A stretch of DNA of 64,000 nucleotides from Gemmatimonadaceae bacterium (lineage in GTDB: Bacteria; Gemmatimonadota; Gemmatimonadetes; Gemmatimonadales; Gemmatimonadaceae): contig JBHYGA010000001.1 in the NCBI GenBank assembly GCA_051859245.1, positions 800,001-864,000 of the forward strand, in the 5' to 3' direction. The notes below the pieces were generated by a model that saw only the letters and a list, made by a program, of their open reading frames with translations, searched no databases and was not told the DNA's origin. Of the stretch, positions 30,080 through 40,350 are shown piece by piece. Position 1 is the stretch's first letter. Every line of letters starts with the position of its first letter. A program made the translations under genes and the position numbers.

Positions 30080-31453
30080 ATGACGTTGCTTACTCCTGTG
30101 CATATCGTTGGTGGTGGCCTCGCGGGCAGCGAGGCCGCCTGGCAGCTCGCGGAACGCGGGCATGAGGTGGTGCTGCATGAAATGCGGCCCGTGCGTGGAA
30201 CCGAAGCGCACAAAACAGATCGGCTGGCCGAGCTGGTGTGCTCCAACACGTTCAAGAGCACCGAAACCACCAACGCGCATGGCCTGCTCAAGGCCGAGAT
30301 GCGCGCTCTCGGCTCCATGGTGTTGACGTGCGCCGACGCGGCACGCGTACCGGGCGGCAGTGCCCTCACGGTGGATCGTGATGTGTTCGCCGCCGGTGTG
30401 CACGATCGCATTCACGCGCACCCGCGCATCACCGTGGTGCGAGACGAAGTAAGCGCGCTTCCGTCGCCGGGCATTATTGCAACGGGTCCGCTCACCGCTG
30501 ACACGCTGGCCGAGACCATTCGCGCGCGTCTTGGCGTGGAGTCGCTGGCGTTCTACGATGCGATCGCGCCGATCATTGCTGCTGAGTCCATTGATACATC
30601 GATCGCGTTTCGTGCGTCGCGTTGGGACAAGGAAACCATGGAGGGTGCCGACGCCGCTGGTGCGTACTTGAATTGTGCGTTCACACGCGACGAGTACGAA
30701 GCGTTTATCGACGCGCTGATCGCCGGTGATCAGTTCACGGCCAAAGAGTTCGACGCCGTTCCGTACTTTGAAGGGTGCATGCCGGCCGAAGAGATGGCGC
30801 GTCGCGGTCGTGACACACTGCGCTTTGGCCCCATGAAGCCCATCGGACTGCGAGATCCGCGCACTGGCAAGCGGCCGTGGGCGGTCGTGCAGCTGCGTCA
30901 GGAAGATCGCGGCGGGCGCATGTGGAATCTCGTGGGGTTCCAGACACGTCTTCGCATTCCCGAACAGCAGCGAGTTTTTCGCATGATCCCCGGTCTTGAG
31001 AACGCGGAGTTCCTGCGCTTCGGTTCGATTCATCGCAACACGTATCTCAATGCGCCGGGTGCACTCACGCCGCACCTGTCGCTGCGCGATGACGCGACCA
31101 CGCTGTTCGCTGGCCAGCTCACGGGTGTAGAGGGCTACACCGAGAGCACGGCGACGGGACTGCTGGCTGGCATCAACTTGTCGCGCATGTTGCACGGCAA
31201 CGCGCCCATCGTGCCGCCGGCGCACAGCATGATTGGTGCGCTATATCGGTATATGCGCGAGGCGGAGCCAAAGCACTTCCAGCCAATGAACGCAAACTTC
31301 GGACTGCTCGACGAGCTCGACACGCCAACGCGAGACAAGCAAGTCAAGCGTGAGCGTTACGCGGAGCGCGCACTGAACGCGATTCGCGAGTGGATGACGG
31401 CGGAAGCGATTACGCCCGTGTTCGAACACGCCAGCGAGACCACATCGGTATGA
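30080..31453 (+). CDS. trmFO: tRNA (uracil-5-)-methyltransferase TrmFO
   Basis: GGGLAGSEAAWQ, AELVCSN, FGPMKP, GVEGYTES, FQPMNANFG. Confidence 0.97.
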   Translation: MTLLTPVHIVGGGLAGSEAAWQLAERGHEVVLHEMRPVRGTEAHKTDRLAELVCSNTFKSTETTNAHGLLKAEMRALGSMVLTCADAARVPGGSALTVDRDVFAAGVHDRIHAHPRITVVRDEVSALPSPGIIATGPLTADTLAETIRARLGVESLAFYDAIAPIIAAESIDTSIAFRASRWDKETMEGADAAGAYLNCAFTRDEYEAFIDALIAGDQFTAKEFDAVPYFEGCMPAEEMARRGRDTLRFGPMKPIGLRDPRTGKRPWAVVQLRQEDRGGRMWNLVGFQTRLRIPEQQRVFRMIPGLENAEFLRFGSIHRNTYLNAPGALTPHLSLRDDATTLFAGQLTGVEGYTESTATGLLAGINLSRMLHGNAPIVPPAHSMIGALYRYMREAEPKHFQPMNANFGLLDELDTPTRDKQVKRERYAERALNAIREWMTAEAITPVFEHASETTSV

Positions 31454-32409
31454 GTGAACCATCGGCGTCGCCGGTCGTGTTGCCGAACGATGTCGAAGAG
31501 TTTCTCGAGCATCTCGAGAAGGAACGTGATCTGTCGCCCAACACGCTCATTGCGTATCGACGGGATCTGGCGGCGCTGTGCGCATGGTTGGGGCAAACGC
31601 GTGGCATCGCGGGATGGCAGTGGGACACGCTGACCCGTCAGGATCTGCGTGGCTGGCTGGCGCATCAACAGCGTGCGGGGCTGGCCAAGCGTTCGCTCGC
31701 GCGTGGGTTGTCATCGGTGCGGTCGTTCTATCGGTGGATGCATCGCGACGAGCGTGTTGACGTGAACCCGGCGCGCGCCGTTGGCTCGCCGAGACTGCCT
31801 CGCACGTTGCCGGCGTATCTCGACAAGGCGCAGGCAGAAACGCTCATGACGCACGCGTCAACACGCGCGCAGTCCGGCCGATTCACCGACGTTCGCAACT
31901 CGGCCATGGTCGAGCTGTTCTACTCCAGCGGGCTGCGACTCTCGGAACTGCGCGGCATTGATTTGCCGGATATTGATCTGCTGTCGTTGCAGGTGAAGGT
32001 GCGAGGTAAAGGGCGTAAGGAACGCATTGTGCCCGTTGGCGAGCATGCGCAGCGCGCGATTCGCAATTATCTGTCGGTGCGTGACAATCTGATTGCACAC
32101 CTGGGCGGTGCGCGCGGTGGCAAAGTGGATCGACACGCGCTCTTCCTCAGCGAGCGAGGTCGCCGGCTGAGTGCGCGCGCGGTGCATCACGCCGTGACTG
32201 CGCTGTTGGCCGCGGTGGATGAAGGCGCCGATCTGAGCACGCATTCACTCCGGCACAGCTTCGCCACGCATCTCGTGGATGCCGGTGCGGATCTGCGCGC
32301 GGTGCAGGAGTTGTTGGGCCACGCGAGCATCAGCACCACGCAGATCTACACGCATACAAGCGTGGATCGACTCAAAAAAGTGTACCGTCAGGCGCATCCA
32401 CGCGCGTAG
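31450..32409 (+). CDS. xerC: Tyrosine recombinase XerC
   Basis: GLRLSE, GKGRKER, HSLRHSFATH, LGH, TQIYTH. topA-trmFO-xerC-hslVU synteny. Confidence 0.9.
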   Translation: MSEPSASPVVLPNDVEEFLEHLEKERDLSPNTLIAYRRDLAALCAWLGQTRGIAGWQWDTLTRQDLRGWLAHQQRAGLAKRSLARGLSSVRSFYRWMHRDERVDVNPARAVGSPRLPRTLPAYLDKAQAETLMTHASTRAQSGRFTDVRNSAMVELFYSSGLRLSELRGIDLPDIDLLSLQVKVRGKGRKERIVPVGEHAQRAIRNYLSVRDNLIAHLGGARGGKVDRHALFLSERGRRLSARAVHHAVTALLAAVDEGADLSTHSLRHSFATHLVDAGADLRAVQELLGHASISTTQIYTHTSVDRLKKVYRQAHPRA

Positions 32410-32471
32410 TGCGACGTGCCTAGTGCGACGCGCGCAGCGAGTTGCGCGACCACGCGTGATGGTGTGCTGCG

Positions 32472-33386
32472 CTACGGTATCACAAACACCGGCCGCTGCG
32501 CGTGACGCATCAGCCAACGCGCGGTGCTGCTTAGATCACCGGGCCGACTGTGATCACCGTGCGCCGCAACGGCAATGATCGATGCGCCGCTGCGCGCTGC
32601 GCGAAGCTCCAGCCCTTCGCCGGGCGTGATCGCTGGTCCTTCGAACTCAACCGCGAGCTCCGTGTTCACATCGGCGATCAGGGCTTCGTCGGCGAGCGGC
32701 TGCATCGCCGCCTCCGCGTCTTCACGGAGCGCGCGCATCTCGTCTTCGTGCTGACGTCGTGACGCGGCGCCCTGAAGAAAGACGGGCAGCTCCTGGGCCA
32801 CAACCTGATGTTCCACGCGCACACTCGCCTTGAGTCCGCTGGCGAGCTGCAGCACAAATCCAAAGGCCTTCGAACACGTAGTCCCAAGGTCCGTGCCAAA
32901 CACAATTCGGGAGACGTTTTTGGGTAGTGCGGCGCCTGGGTTGAGCACGAGCATCGGACGACGTGACGCCTCAAGAAATCGCTCGGAGAAACTCCCCAGC
33001 AACAAGCGGTCCATGGTGCTCTGCGCGCGCGTGTGCAGCAGGCTGAACAGCACGCCCGCGTTGTCCACCGCCGTGGCCATCGCTTGCGCCTGCTGCTGGC
33101 CCGTGGGGTCGTCGCCGGCCGAAAGCACGACGGGTTCGCCCGCGCGGAGCTCGTTGGCCTCAAGCAACGCAATCAGCCGATCACGTGTGTACGAGACACG
33201 CTCCTTCGGGGCCACACTGCGGACGGCGTCGGCGTGGCTGTCCAGGCAGTACACCGGAACGATGGCCGCGCCCAGCGGTTCCGCAAACTGGCGGAGCAAT
33301 GCGGCGGCCTGTGTGTGCTGCGACTTGGGGTCGCCGTAGAGATTCACGAGCCACGCGATGCGTGGACGGCTTTGGGCTGCGGACAT
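32472..33386 (-). CDS. Tandem-domain universal stress protein
   Basis: LLLGSFSERFLEASRRPMLVL, IVFGTDL, SSTARWLMRHAQRPVFVIP. Start set at ATG 33386. Confidence 0.85.
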   Translation of the reverse strand: MSAAQSRPRIAWLVNLYGDPKSQHTQAAALLRQFAEPLGAAIVPVYCLDSHADAVRSVAPKERVSYTRDRLIALLEANELRAGEPVVLSAGDDPTGQQQAQAMATAVDNAGVLFSLLHTRAQSTMDRLLLGSFSERFLEASRRPMLVLNPGAALPKNVSRIVFGTDLGTTCSKAFGFVLQLASGLKASVRVEHQVVAQELPVFLQGAASRRQHEDEMRALREDAEAAMQPLADEALIADVNTELAVEFEGPAITPGEGLELRAARSGASIIAVAAHGDHSRPGDLSSTARWLMRHAQRPVFVIP

Positions 33387-33541
33387 AGAGGGTCTCAGGG
33401 CCGGATGTCTGCGGTGCCAGGCGGAAAGTGCCTCGCGCAACGGAGGCGGACTCGTGCAATCTATGCCCCGGCATCGTCGCGGCACACCGCATACGTCACA
33501 TTCCACCCTTCGCCGTCGCTCGCGCATCGATATCTTACAGC

Positions 33542-34090
33542 ATGAGCATTCTGCCGCGAATCCGTGCTACCACAATTCTCGCCGTCCGTCGTGACGGGAA
33601 ACTCGCGCTCGGCGGCGACGGTCAGGTGTCCGTCGGCGATACGGTGATGAAATCACACGCCGTGAAGGTGCGTGCCCTGAAGGGCGGACGCGTGCTGGCC
33701 GGCTTTGCCGGATCGGTCGCCGACGCCCTCACGCTCTTCGAGAAGTTCGAAGAAAAGCTGGATCGTTTTCCAGGAAACCTCCCGCGTGCTGCGGTTGAGT
33801 TGGCGAAGGACTGGCGAAGCGATCGTGTGCTGCGTCGACTGGAAGCGCTCCTGATTGTCGCCGACACGCAGCACGGATTCATGCTCTCCGGCACGGGCGA
33901 AATCATTGAGCCCGACGATGGCTTGCTGGCGATCGGCTCCGGTGGTTCGTACGCGCTGTCGGCAGCGCGCGCGCTGGTTGCTGAAACGTCGTTGTCGCCG
34001 CGTGAGATTGTTGAACGCTCGCTGCGAATCGCCGGCGAGATTTGTGTGTATACCAATACGAACATCACCGTCCTCGAGCCGTCAGCCTGA
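33542..34090 (+). CDS. hslV: ATP-dependent protease subunit HslV
   Basis: Short propeptide then [32 protein letters not shown]. Confidence 0.97.
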   Translation: MSILPRIRATTILAVRRDGKLALGGDGQVSVGDTVMKSHAVKVRALKGGRVLAGFAGSVADALTLFEKFEEKLDRFPGNLPRAAVELAKDWRSDRVLRRLEALLIVADTQHGFMLSGTGEIIEPDDGLLAIGSGGSYALSAARALVAETSLSPREIVERSLRIAGEICVYTNTNITVLEPSA

Positions 34091-34159
34091 CGCCCGTGGA
34101 TTCCACGCTGCGCCGTTTGCCGCGATGGTGGCAAACGGCGCGTTTCGCTTTGATGCCGC

Positions 34160-35647
34160 ATGCCGTCCGCACGCACTGAACAAGCGGTTGCCCGCCTCGC
34201 TGATCTGACACCGCGTCAGATCGTGTCCGAATTGGATCGTTACATCGTTGGGCAGGATGACGCGAAGAAGGCCGTCGCGATTGCCTTGCGCAATCGGTGG
34301 CGCCGTCAGCGTGCGCCTGATGCGATCCGCGAAGAAATCTCGCCCAACAATATCATTCTCATCGGTCCAACAGGCGTTGGCAAAACGGAAATCGCACGTC
34401 GACTTGCCAAGCTGGCCGCCGCGCCGTTTGTCAAAGTTGAGGCGAGCAAGTTCACCGAAGTTGGCTACGTGGGGCGCGACGTGGAATCCATGGTGCGCGA
34501 TCTCGTGGAGAGCGCGATCGACATGGTGCGCTCGGAACGCGAGAGCGAGGTGGAGGACTTGGCCAATGAGCGTGTGGACGAGCGCCTGCTCGATCTGTTG
34601 CTGCCGCCTCCGCCCGACATCAAGGCGCGTCAGTCTGCTGAAGACGCCACCCCGGCCGCCAAGGAACCGGAGAGCGCGCCGCCCGTGGTCGACGGTGGTG
34701 TGTTTACCGTGTCGGCCACTGGTGCTGTCACGCACGCCGCTGAAGACGATGCCGCGCATGATCGCTACAAGCGCACGCGCGACAAGTTGCGCGCGCTGCT
34801 GATTGACGGTCAGCTCGACGCGCGGGAAGTGGAGATCGAAGTGTTGCAGCCCGGTCCTGCCATGCCGGGCCAGATGGCGGGAGGCGCACCAGACGGGATG
34901 GAAGGCATCTCTGACTGGCTGCGTGAAATGATGCCCAAGCGCAAGAAGAAGCGCTCGGTCAAACTGATCGAAGCGCGTCGCATTCTGCTCGATGAAGAGA
35001 TCGACAAACTCATTGATCATGACGATGTTACGAGCGACGCTCTCGAGCGCGTGGAAAAACTCGGCATCATTTTCCTCGATGAGATCGACAAGATCGCGGG
35101 CGAACGTGGGCCCGGCGGTGGCCCCGATGTGTCGCGCGAAGGCGTGCAGCGCGATCTGCTGCCAATCGTTGAAGGTTCGAATGTGAGCACTCGCTATGGC
35201 ATGGTGAAAACTGATCACGTGCTGTTCATCGCAGCGGGTGCGTTTCACGTGTCAAAGCCGAGCGATCTCATTCCCGAATTGCAGGGCCGCTTTCCCATTC
35301 GTGTGGAGCTCAAGCCGCTCACCGAAGCGGACTTCGTGCGCATTCTCACCGATCCCGAGCACGCGCTCACCAAGCAGTACGCGGCGCTTGTGGAAGCAGA
35401 AGGCGTGGGACTGGATTTCACCGAAGACGGAATCCGCGAAATCGCGCGCATCGCAACGCTGGTCAACGAGCGTATGGAAAACATTGGTGCGCGCCGCCTG
35501 CACACCGTGATGACCACGCTGCTGGAAGATGTCCTCTACGAGCTGCCGGATCGTGGGAAAGAGCGCATCACGGTGAACGCCGATTTGGTTGTGTCGCGCC
35601 TCAAGGCCATTGTAGAAGACGAAGACCTGCGCAAGTACATTCTCTGA
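34160..35647 (+). CDS. hslU: ATP-dependent protease ATPase subunit HslU
   Basis: [17 protein letters not shown] pore motif, [13 protein letters not shown]-terminal KYIL. Confidence 0.98.
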   Translation: MPSARTEQAVARLADLTPRQIVSELDRYIVGQDDAKKAVAIALRNRWRRQRAPDAIREEISPNNIILIGPTGVGKTEIARRLAKLAAAPFVKVEASKFTEVGYVGRDVESMVRDLVESAIDMVRSERESEVEDLANERVDERLLDLLLPPPPDIKARQSAEDATPAAKEPESAPPVVDGGVFTVSATGAVTHAAEDDAAHDRYKRTRDKLRALLIDGQLDAREVEIEVLQPGPAMPGQMAGGAPDGMEGISDWLREMMPKRKKKRSVKLIEARRILLDEEIDKLIDHDDVTSDALERVEKLGIIFLDEIDKIAGERGPGGGPDVSREGVQRDLLPIVEGSNVSTRYGMVKTDHVLFIAAGAFHVSKPSDLIPELQGRFPIRVELKPLTEADFVRILTDPEHALTKQYAALVEAEGVGLDFTEDGIREIARIATLVNERMENIGARRLHTVMTTLLEDVLYELPDRGKERITVNADLVVSRLKAIVEDEDLRKYIL

Positions 35648-35693
35648 TTCCGATCGCTGTCCGTTTCGCTGGTTTCACGCACCGCACCCCGAG

Positions 35694-36617
35694 ATGACTG
35701 CTCCGCATCGTGACTTCCTGAACATTCGCGACTTCTCGCGCGACGAACTGCCGCTGCTTTTCTCGCTTGCTGAACGCATGCGGTCGGGCGAGTACACGGC
35801 GCGTCCGCTCACGGGAAAGGCACTGGCCATGATTTTCATGAAGGCCAGCACACGAACGCGTGTGTCCTTCGAGGTGGGCGCCGCGCAGTTGGGTGGCACC
35901 GCGCACTTTCTGTCGCCGCGCGACGTGCAGCTGGGCCGAGGTGAACCGGTGCCAGATACCGCGCGGGTGCTCGCGCGGTACGTGCAAGGCATCATGATCC
36001 GTACCTTCGCACACGCCGATATCGAGCTGCTCGCGGCTACGGGTGACGTTCCGGTGATTAACGGCCTCACGGATCTTTCGCATCCGTGTCAGGTGCTCGC
36101 CGACGTGCTCACCGTACGTCAGCATCTTGGCAGCTACGAGAATGCGCCAGTGGCGTGGATTGGCGACGGTAACAACATGGCCAACTCCTGGATCGAAGCC
36201 GCGGCATTGCTCGGCTTTCCGTTGCGTCTCGCGTGCCCGGAAGGCTACGATCCCGACGCCGGTTTTCTCGCCTACGCCAAAGACGCTGGTGCAGATGTGC
36301 AACTCCTGCGTGATCCGCGCGAAGCGGTTGTTGGCGCGCGTGTGATCACCACCGATGTGTGGGCCAGCATGGGGCAGGAAGTGGAACAAGCCGAACGCGT
36401 CGTGGCGTTTTCTGATTATCAGGTGAATGCCGATCTCATGTCACGTGCCGAACGCGACGCGATCTTTCTGCATTGTCTGCCCGCGCATCGTGGCGAGGAA
36501 GTGTCGGCCGACGTGATCGACGGCCCACAGAGTCGTGTCTGGGATGAAGCCGAGAACCGGCTGCACATTCAGAAGGCGATCATGGCGGTGCTGATGGGCG
36601 GCGAGACGCTTCGCTGA
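35694..36617 (+). CDS. argF: Ornithine carbamoyltransferase
   Basis: STRTR, HPCQ, SMG, HCLP, AENR. Confidence 0.96.
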   Translation: MTAPHRDFLNIRDFSRDELPLLFSLAERMRSGEYTARPLTGKALAMIFMKASTRTRVSFEVGAAQLGGTAHFLSPRDVQLGRGEPVPDTARVLARYVQGIMIRTFAHADIELLAATGDVPVINGLTDLSHPCQVLADVLTVRQHLGSYENAPVAWIGDGNNMANSWIEAAALLGFPLRLACPEGYDPDAGFLAYAKDAGADVQLLRDPREAVVGARVITTDVWASMGQEVEQAERVVAFSDYQVNADLMSRAERDAIFLHCLPAHRGEEVSADVIDGPQSRVWDEAENRLHIQKAIMAVLMGGETLR

Positions 36618-36656
36618 TTCTGCGTCACTACGCGCTCGCGTTTCTCTTTCCCGTTC

Positions 36657-37124
36657 ATGAACATGCCGACAACAGGAACACTCGCTCCCGATTTTACGCT
36701 GCCGACTGACACCGGCGAACTGCTCACGCTCTCATCGCTGCGTGGTCAGCCCGTGGTGCTGTACTTCTATCCGAAAGACGATACGTCGGGCTGCACCGCG
36801 GAGGCGTGTGAGTTTCGCGACCTGATGCCGCGCTTCGACGGCGTGAATGCCGTTGTGCTCGGCGTGTCACCCGATTCCGTCAAATCGCACCAGAAGTTCA
36901 AGGCAAAATACGAACTGCCGTTCACGCTGATCTCCGACACGGAGAAAGTGGCGTGTGAGGCGTACGGTGTGTGGAAGGAGAAATCCATGTACGGTCGTAA
37001 GTACACGGGCGTAGAACGCACCACGTTCATCATCGATGCCAAGGGGCGGATCGCGCAGGTGTTTGAGAAGGTGAAGACCACCGGGCACGCCGCAATTGTG
37101 ATGGAGGCGGTGGCCGCACTCTAA
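36657..37124 (+). CDS. bcp: Peroxiredoxin Bcp
   Basis: YFYPKDDTSGCTAEAC, ERTTFIID. Confidence 0.95.
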   Translation: MNMPTTGTLAPDFTLPTDTGELLTLSSLRGQPVVLYFYPKDDTSGCTAEACEFRDLMPRFDGVNAVVLGVSPDSVKSHQKFKAKYELPFTLISDTEKVACEAYGVWKEKSMYGRKYTGVERTTFIIDAKGRIAQVFEKVKTTGHAAIVMEAVAAL

Positions 37125-37395
37125 CGAGTGCCTGGCACTCGAGTGCGATCCACCGCCTCCGGCCGGTAGCAGGTTGCGTACCGGTCATCGGGCACCTCAC
37201 ATGGGGTGTCCTGCGGGACCGCGAATCAGTCCATCGCGACCCTGACGCATTATTCACCCAGTCGTTGGCGCGCGCAGTAGGGGCGAAGACTACGTACGCC
37301 CCGCTTTTGCGCGTGAATCCCCACAGCAGCGCTCGCCGTAGGAATCACAGCCCCTGCCACGCTGGCACTCGTCTGCCGTAATGGGCATTTTACGG
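37124..37395. ncRNA. Candidate structured non-coding element between bcp and gcvT
   Basis: At least four internal hairpins inside a 9-bp closing stem ACGAGTGCC/GGCACTCGT. No credible ORF and no RNA family recognised. Confidence 0.4.
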
Positions 37396-37427
37396 AAGTT
37401 CATTTCTCTGACTTCCTCTCTGCGACC

Positions 37428-38531
37428 ATGACCGATACGCTGACGCTCCGCCGCACTTCGCTTTTCGACGCCCACGTCTCACTTGGCGCGCGCATCGTGC
37501 CGTTTGCTGGATGGGAGATGCCCGTGCAGTACCCGGCCGGTATTTCTGCCGAGCACAAAGCCGTGCGTGAAGCGTGCGGATTGTTTGATGTGAGTCATAT
37601 GGGTGAGGTGATTGTGAGTGGTCCCGACGCGATGGCGTTCGTGAATCACGTCACCAGCAACGATGTGGCGGCGCTCGCTGTGGGCCAGATCCAGTACAGC
37701 ACCTTGCTGACCGAGCGCGGCACGATCGTTGATGATCTGCTCGTGTATCGATATCCCGATCATCTGTTTCTGGTGATCAACGCCGGCAATCGCGATGCGG
37801 ATATCGCGCATTTGCGCGCGCACATTGGCGCGTTCGATTGCACCATGGAAGACGTGTCGGATTCGTACGCACTGCTGGCGGTGCAGGGGCCCAATGCGCC
37901 GGCGATCGTGCAGCGTTTCACGAGCACACCACTCGGTGAGATGAAGTACTACCGGTTTGCCGACGGCGAAGTGGCCGGCGTGCCGGCGATTATTTCGCGC
38001 ACGGGTTACACCGGTGAGTTGGGTTTTGAACTCTACGTGCCGTGGGAGCAGGCGCGCACTGTGTGGGATGCGCTGATGGCCACGGGCGAGGTCACGCCGT
38101 GCGGACTTGGCGCGCGCGATACGCTGCGTCTTGAAGCCGGCATGGCGTTGTACGGCCATGAACTCAACATTGACACCACACCACTCGAAGCCGGACTCGC
38201 GTGGCTGGTGAAGCTCGGCAAGACCGATTTTCTCGGCAAGGATGTGCTCGTGCATCAGCACACCGATGGGTTGGATCGCAAGCTTGTTGGCTTCACGTTT
38301 GACGAGCGCGCGATTCCGCGCAGCGGGATGCCGGTGTGGTACGGCGACCTCCCGTCAGGCACTGTGTGCAGTGGCACCATGAGTCCCACGCTTGGGATGC
38401 CGATTGGCACCTGTTATTTGCCGGCCGCCGCTGCGGTTGAAGGAACCGTGTTTGCGGTGGACATTCGCGGCAAGCATGTACCGGCGCGCGTGGTGCCACT
38501 GCCATTCTACAAGCGGGCGGGCAAGGCGTGA
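37428..38531 (+). CDS. gcvT: Glycine cleavage system aminomethyltransferase T
   Basis: [37 protein letters not shown]. Confidence 0.97.
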   Translation: MTDTLTLRRTSLFDAHVSLGARIVPFAGWEMPVQYPAGISAEHKAVREACGLFDVSHMGEVIVSGPDAMAFVNHVTSNDVAALAVGQIQYSTLLTERGTIVDDLLVYRYPDHLFLVINAGNRDADIAHLRAHIGAFDCTMEDVSDSYALLAVQGPNAPAIVQRFTSTPLGEMKYYRFADGEVAGVPAIISRTGYTGELGFELYVPWEQARTVWDALMATGEVTPCGLGARDTLRLEAGMALYGHELNIDTTPLEAGLAWLVKLGKTDFLGKDVLVHQHTDGLDRKLVGFTFDERAIPRSGMPVWYGDLPSGTVCSGTMSPTLGMPIGTCYLPAAAAVEGTVFAVDIRGKHVPARVVPLPFYKRAGKA

Positions 38532-40174
38532 GTCGAAGTACCTCGCGTGCGTCGCGCGTAACAGGCGACGGCGTTCCCCTGGGCAGTGTGGCCATTCTGC
38601 TCACCGACGTGGAACCGGCGGTGCGTTTGAACGCCGTGCTCGAAGCACGCGGTGTGCAGGTCACGCTCATCTCGCCACTCGATGATGTGCGCGGCACGCT
38701 GCGTCGCGCGCGTCCCTCGGTGCTGGTGCTCACCGGTGCATTGCTTGACGGTGCGAACGTGGCCCTGGTGCAGGAACAGCTGTGGCACGACGTGAGTGTC
38801 ATGGGACTCACCGATGCGGTCAACGACGAGTTGCTCGACAAGTTGCGCGCGGTGGGCTACGCCGAGCTTGTGTCGAAGCCCGTGGTGGTGGAGGAGCTGG
38901 CCGACAGTGTGCAGCGCCGCCTGGAGCGTCGTGCACTGGCCGATGTCACCGGTCTGGTGGGAGAATCGGAAGCGATTCGCGAAGTGCTCGTGAAAATCGA
39001 ACAGATCGCGCCGGTCACGAGCACCGTGCTCATTGAAGGTGAGAGCGGCACGGGCAAGGAACTCGTGGCGCGTGCGATCCACCGGTTGGGTTCACGTCGC
39101 AGCAAGCCGTTCATTGCGGTGAATGTTGGTGCGTTGCCGGAAACGCTGCTGGAGAGTGAACTCTTTGGCCACGAGAAGGGCTCGTTCACAGGTGCGGCCG
39201 AACGTCGGCTGGGTCGTTTTGAGCTGGCTGACACCGGCACGTTGTTTCTTGATGAGATCGGCGAAGTGCCGAGCAGCACGCAGGTGAAGTTGTTGCGCGT
39301 GCTCGAAGAGCGAGAGGTCACGCGTGTTGGAGGTGGACAGCCGATTGCGGTAGACGTGCGTGTAGTAGCGGCTACGAATCGTCCGCTGCGTGAGCACGTG
39401 GAGGAAGGCGCGTTTCGCGCGGACCTGTACTATCGCTTGAACGTGCTGCGCATTTATCTGCCGCCGCTGCGCGAGCGTCGTGAGGACATTCCGGTGCTGG
39501 TGCGCCGGTTCGTGCGCGAGTTCAGCGCGCTGCACGATCGTCCGTTTCACGGCATCTCGGGCGACGCGCTGGCGCTGCTGGTTTCGTATCCGTGGCCGGG
39601 CAATGTGCGTGAGCTGCGCAACCTTGTGGAGAGCATGGTCGTGCTGGCGCCGGGGCACGAAATCGGCGCGGATGACATTCCGCGGGCGATTCGTGACGCG
39701 GGTGGTCGGCGACTGTTACCGGTGCCCGTTGGCCCTGTGGTGCGCGAGGGTGAACGTGCGCAGGGGCGCGAGCTGGAGTTCATTGTGCGCTCGCTTGTGG
39801 AGCTGAAGTTACAGGTCGAGGAACTTCGTCGTCGAATGGATGTCGAGGTGCGCTCTCCCAGTGTGGGTTGGATGGGCGAAGTGCATCCGGTCGCAGGGCT
39901 GGCTGCGTCTCCGGTAGGTGACGTGTGGGTGGGAAGTGGGGTGATGGGCGGAATTCCGCCGCGTGACCAGGCAACGCCACCGAGCAGCATTTCGGTTGGT
40001 CCGGAAACCACGATGGCGGAAATCGAGCGTCAGGCGATCGAGGCCATGTTGCGTCAAACGGGTGGAAACCGCCGAAAGGCGGCAGATTTGCTCGGGATTG
40101 GGGAGCGGACGCTGTATCGAAAACTCCGGGAATATCAGGGAGACGGCATTCCGCCGGATCTCGACGTCACGTGA
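38528..40174 (+). CDS. Sigma54-dependent enhancer-binding protein with degenerate receiver
   Basis: GESGTGKE, GSFTGA, WPGNVREL, Fis HTH. Receiver-like N-terminus has no phospho-acceptor Asp. Confidence 0.92.
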   Translation: MSRSTSRASRVTGDGVPLGSVAILLTDVEPAVRLNAVLEARGVQVTLISPLDDVRGTLRRARPSVLVLTGALLDGANVALVQEQLWHDVSVMGLTDAVNDELLDKLRAVGYAELVSKPVVVEELADSVQRRLERRALADVTGLVGESEAIREVLVKIEQIAPVTSTVLIEGESGTGKELVARAIHRLGSRRSKPFIAVNVGALPETLLESELFGHEKGSFTGAAERRLGRFELADTGTLFLDEIGEVPSSTQVKLLRVLEEREVTRVGGGQPIAVDVRVVAATNRPLREHVEEGAFRADLYYRLNVLRIYLPPLRERREDIPVLVRRFVREFSALHDRPFHGISGDALALLVSYPWPGNVRELRNLVESMVVLAPGHEIGADDIPRAIRDAGGRRLLPVPVGPVVREGERAQGRELEFIVRSLVELKLQVEELRRRMDVEVRSPSVGWMGEVHPVAGLAASPVGDVWVGSGVMGGIPPRDQATPPSSISVGPETTMAEIERQAIEAMLRQTGGNRRKAADLLGIGERTLYRKLREYQGDGIPPDLDVT

Positions 40175-40350
40175 GGTTTGGGGGGATACGTCCATGTGTT
40201 ACAAGATCTTGGACGATTCCCACTATTGCTCAAACGTGACTTTCCCCACATATTGGCCCCGTCGTCAAGCGACCCCTGCTGTTTCGCAGATGGTCGTGCC
40301 GGCGGGATTCTTCCTTCGTTCGATATTCGGGGAGCAGACCGCAGGCTTAT

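Noticed and set aside
29180..31225. Long antisense ORFs (681 aa here; also 51196..52644, 15437..16729, 34082..35248, 39963..41405)
   Set aside because: They are shadow or alternate frames of well-supported genes in GC-rich DNA with few stop codons and show no recognisable motifs.
31450..32409. Tyrosine recombinase as a phage or island integrase
   Set aside because: Size, motifs and trmFO/hslVU synteny indicate housekeeping XerC. No att sites or cargo were seen.
37125..37427. Glycine riboswitch or sigma54 promoters (two TGGCAC) upstream of gcvT
   Set aside because: Riboswitch consensus elements are absent, and both TGGCAC motifs have N4 rather than N5 spacing to the TGC element.
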